Shown one piece after another: positions 62,885 to 64,000 of a stretch of 64,000 nucleotides of DNA. Position 1 is the stretch's first letter; each line of letters opens with the position of its first letter. The notes under the pieces were generated by a model that worked only from the letters and a program-made list of their open reading frames with translations, was not told the DNA's origin and did not search any database. The translations under genes and the position numbers were made by a program. This DNA comes from an uncultured Chloroflexia bacterium (GTDB lineage Bacteria; Chloroflexota; Anaerolineae; CG2-30-64-16), in contig CAWEMM010000014.1 in assembly GCA_963810095.1 (NCBI GenBank), positions 160,001-224,000 of the forward strand. The letters run 5' to 3'.

Positions 62885-62940
62885 GCGGCATGGGCGCGGC
62901 GGGCCGGCCGGCGCCGGCCGGCCCGCCGCGCCCATGCCGC
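62885..62940. repeat. Perfect 56 bp palindrome without loop
   Basis: GCGGCATGGGCGCGGCGGGCCGGCCGGC followed directly by its exact reverse complement. Confidence 0.9.
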
Positions 62941-62941
62941 A

Positions 62942-64000
62942 TTAGCTGATATCGCCGCTGCCGCGCCAGAATGCCGCCACCTGGTCCGCAAGGGCAGCGT
63001 GCTCCGGCTGGGTCAGGCCCGGATCGACCTCGAATAGGGCCTTGGCAGCCGCTCTTGCGTCCTCCAGGGTGCGCAGGTCGCTCAATTGCGCGGTCTGCAG
63101 CGGCGGCAGGCCGCTCTGCCGGGTGCCGAGAAAGTCGCCGGGGCCGCGCAGGTCCAGGTCGATCTGCGCAAGCGCAAAGCCGTCCGTGTTGTTCTCCAAC
63201 GCTTGCAAGCGTTGCACGCCGTCGCCCTCTGCGACGTCGGAAATCAGGATGCAGTAGGAGGGATGCTCGCCGCGGCCGACGCGCCCCGGAACTGGTGCAG
63301 CTGGGCCAGGCCAAACCGCTCCGCGCCCTCGATCATGATCACGGTGGCATTCGGTACGTCGATGCCCACCTCGACGACAGACGTGGCGACGAGCACCTGG
63401 ATTTCCCCGGCGCCGAACGATCGCATCACGTCGTCTTTTTCGTCGCCCTTCAGGCGGCCATGCAGCAGGCCAACCTGCAGATCTGGGAAGATCGTCGTGC
63501 TCAGCCGGGCGTGTTCCTCCACGGCTGCCCGCGCCTCGCTCGACCTGCGATTCTTCCACGAGCGGGTAGATGATAAATGCCTGCCGACCTTCGGCCACTT
63601 GCCGCCGGATGAACCCGTACGCCGCGCTCGCGCTGCGACGACAGCAGCCACTTGGTCCGGATGGGCGTGCGGCCGCCCGGCATTTCGTCGATCACGGACA
63701 CGTCCAGGTCGCCGTAGACGGTCAGCGCCAGCGACCGCGGGATGGGCGTCGCGCTCATCACCAGCATGTGGGGCTGCGTTCCCTCGGACTGAGACCCCTT
63801 CTGCCGCAGCGCCGCACGCTGCTCGACGCCGAAGCGGTGCTGCTCGTCCACGACGGTCACGGCCAAATCGTGGAACTCGACACCTTTCTGGATCAACGCG
63901 TGCGTGCCGATGACGATGTCCGCCGCGCCCCCGGCGATTGCGGCCAGCGCTGCTTCGCGCTCGGCCCCGCTCTGGCTGCCCGTCAGGAGCACGACGCGGA
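62942..64000 (-). CDS. recG: ATP-dependent DNA helicase RecG, 5'-truncated by window edge, about 3 frameshifts
   Basis: [50 protein letters not shown]. Confidence 0.96.

Overview
High-GC bacterial chromosome segment, most likely Chloroflexota (Anaerolineae/Caldilineae-like; inferred from gene content). 1-19.35 kb: end of tuf, then the S10-spc-alpha ribosomal operon, truA, rplM and rpsI. infA is missing from its usual place and the spacers carry several palindromic repeat families. The rpsD leader closely mimics 16S rRNA helix 16, a candidate S4 autoregulatory RNA. 19.5-34.8 kb: mog, a GHL10-like hydrolase, a PIG-L deacetylase, an OmpR/HK pair with a LanF/E-like ABC transporter and a visible shared operator, an atypical Clp/Hsp100, a GAF-PP2C, AMMECR1, an acyl-CoA dehydrogenase and a methyltransferase. 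34.9-54.4 kb: an accessory block rich in cyclic-nucleotide functions. It holds a soluble-AC-like cyclase-STAND-TPR, a heavily frameshifted ~6.7 kb secreted CSLREA/clan-CD-peptidase/PKD gene with 20 NPDAW(A/S) repeats, a NarL/7TM-HK pair, and a divergent operon (Npt/TLC-HEAT-cNMP-binding, HD-CE-like plus cNMP-binding, HD hydrolase). 54.4-64 kb: a lipoprotein, an ArcE/cDPGS-like enzyme, tatC with a TatB-like N-terminus, tatB, nusB, asp23, fabG, fabD, rpmF, yceD, coaD and partial recG. Indels in essential genes point to long-read consensus errors rather than pseudogenes. No tRNA, rRNA, CRISPR array or transposase was seen. All family assignments come from motif recognition, not database searches.
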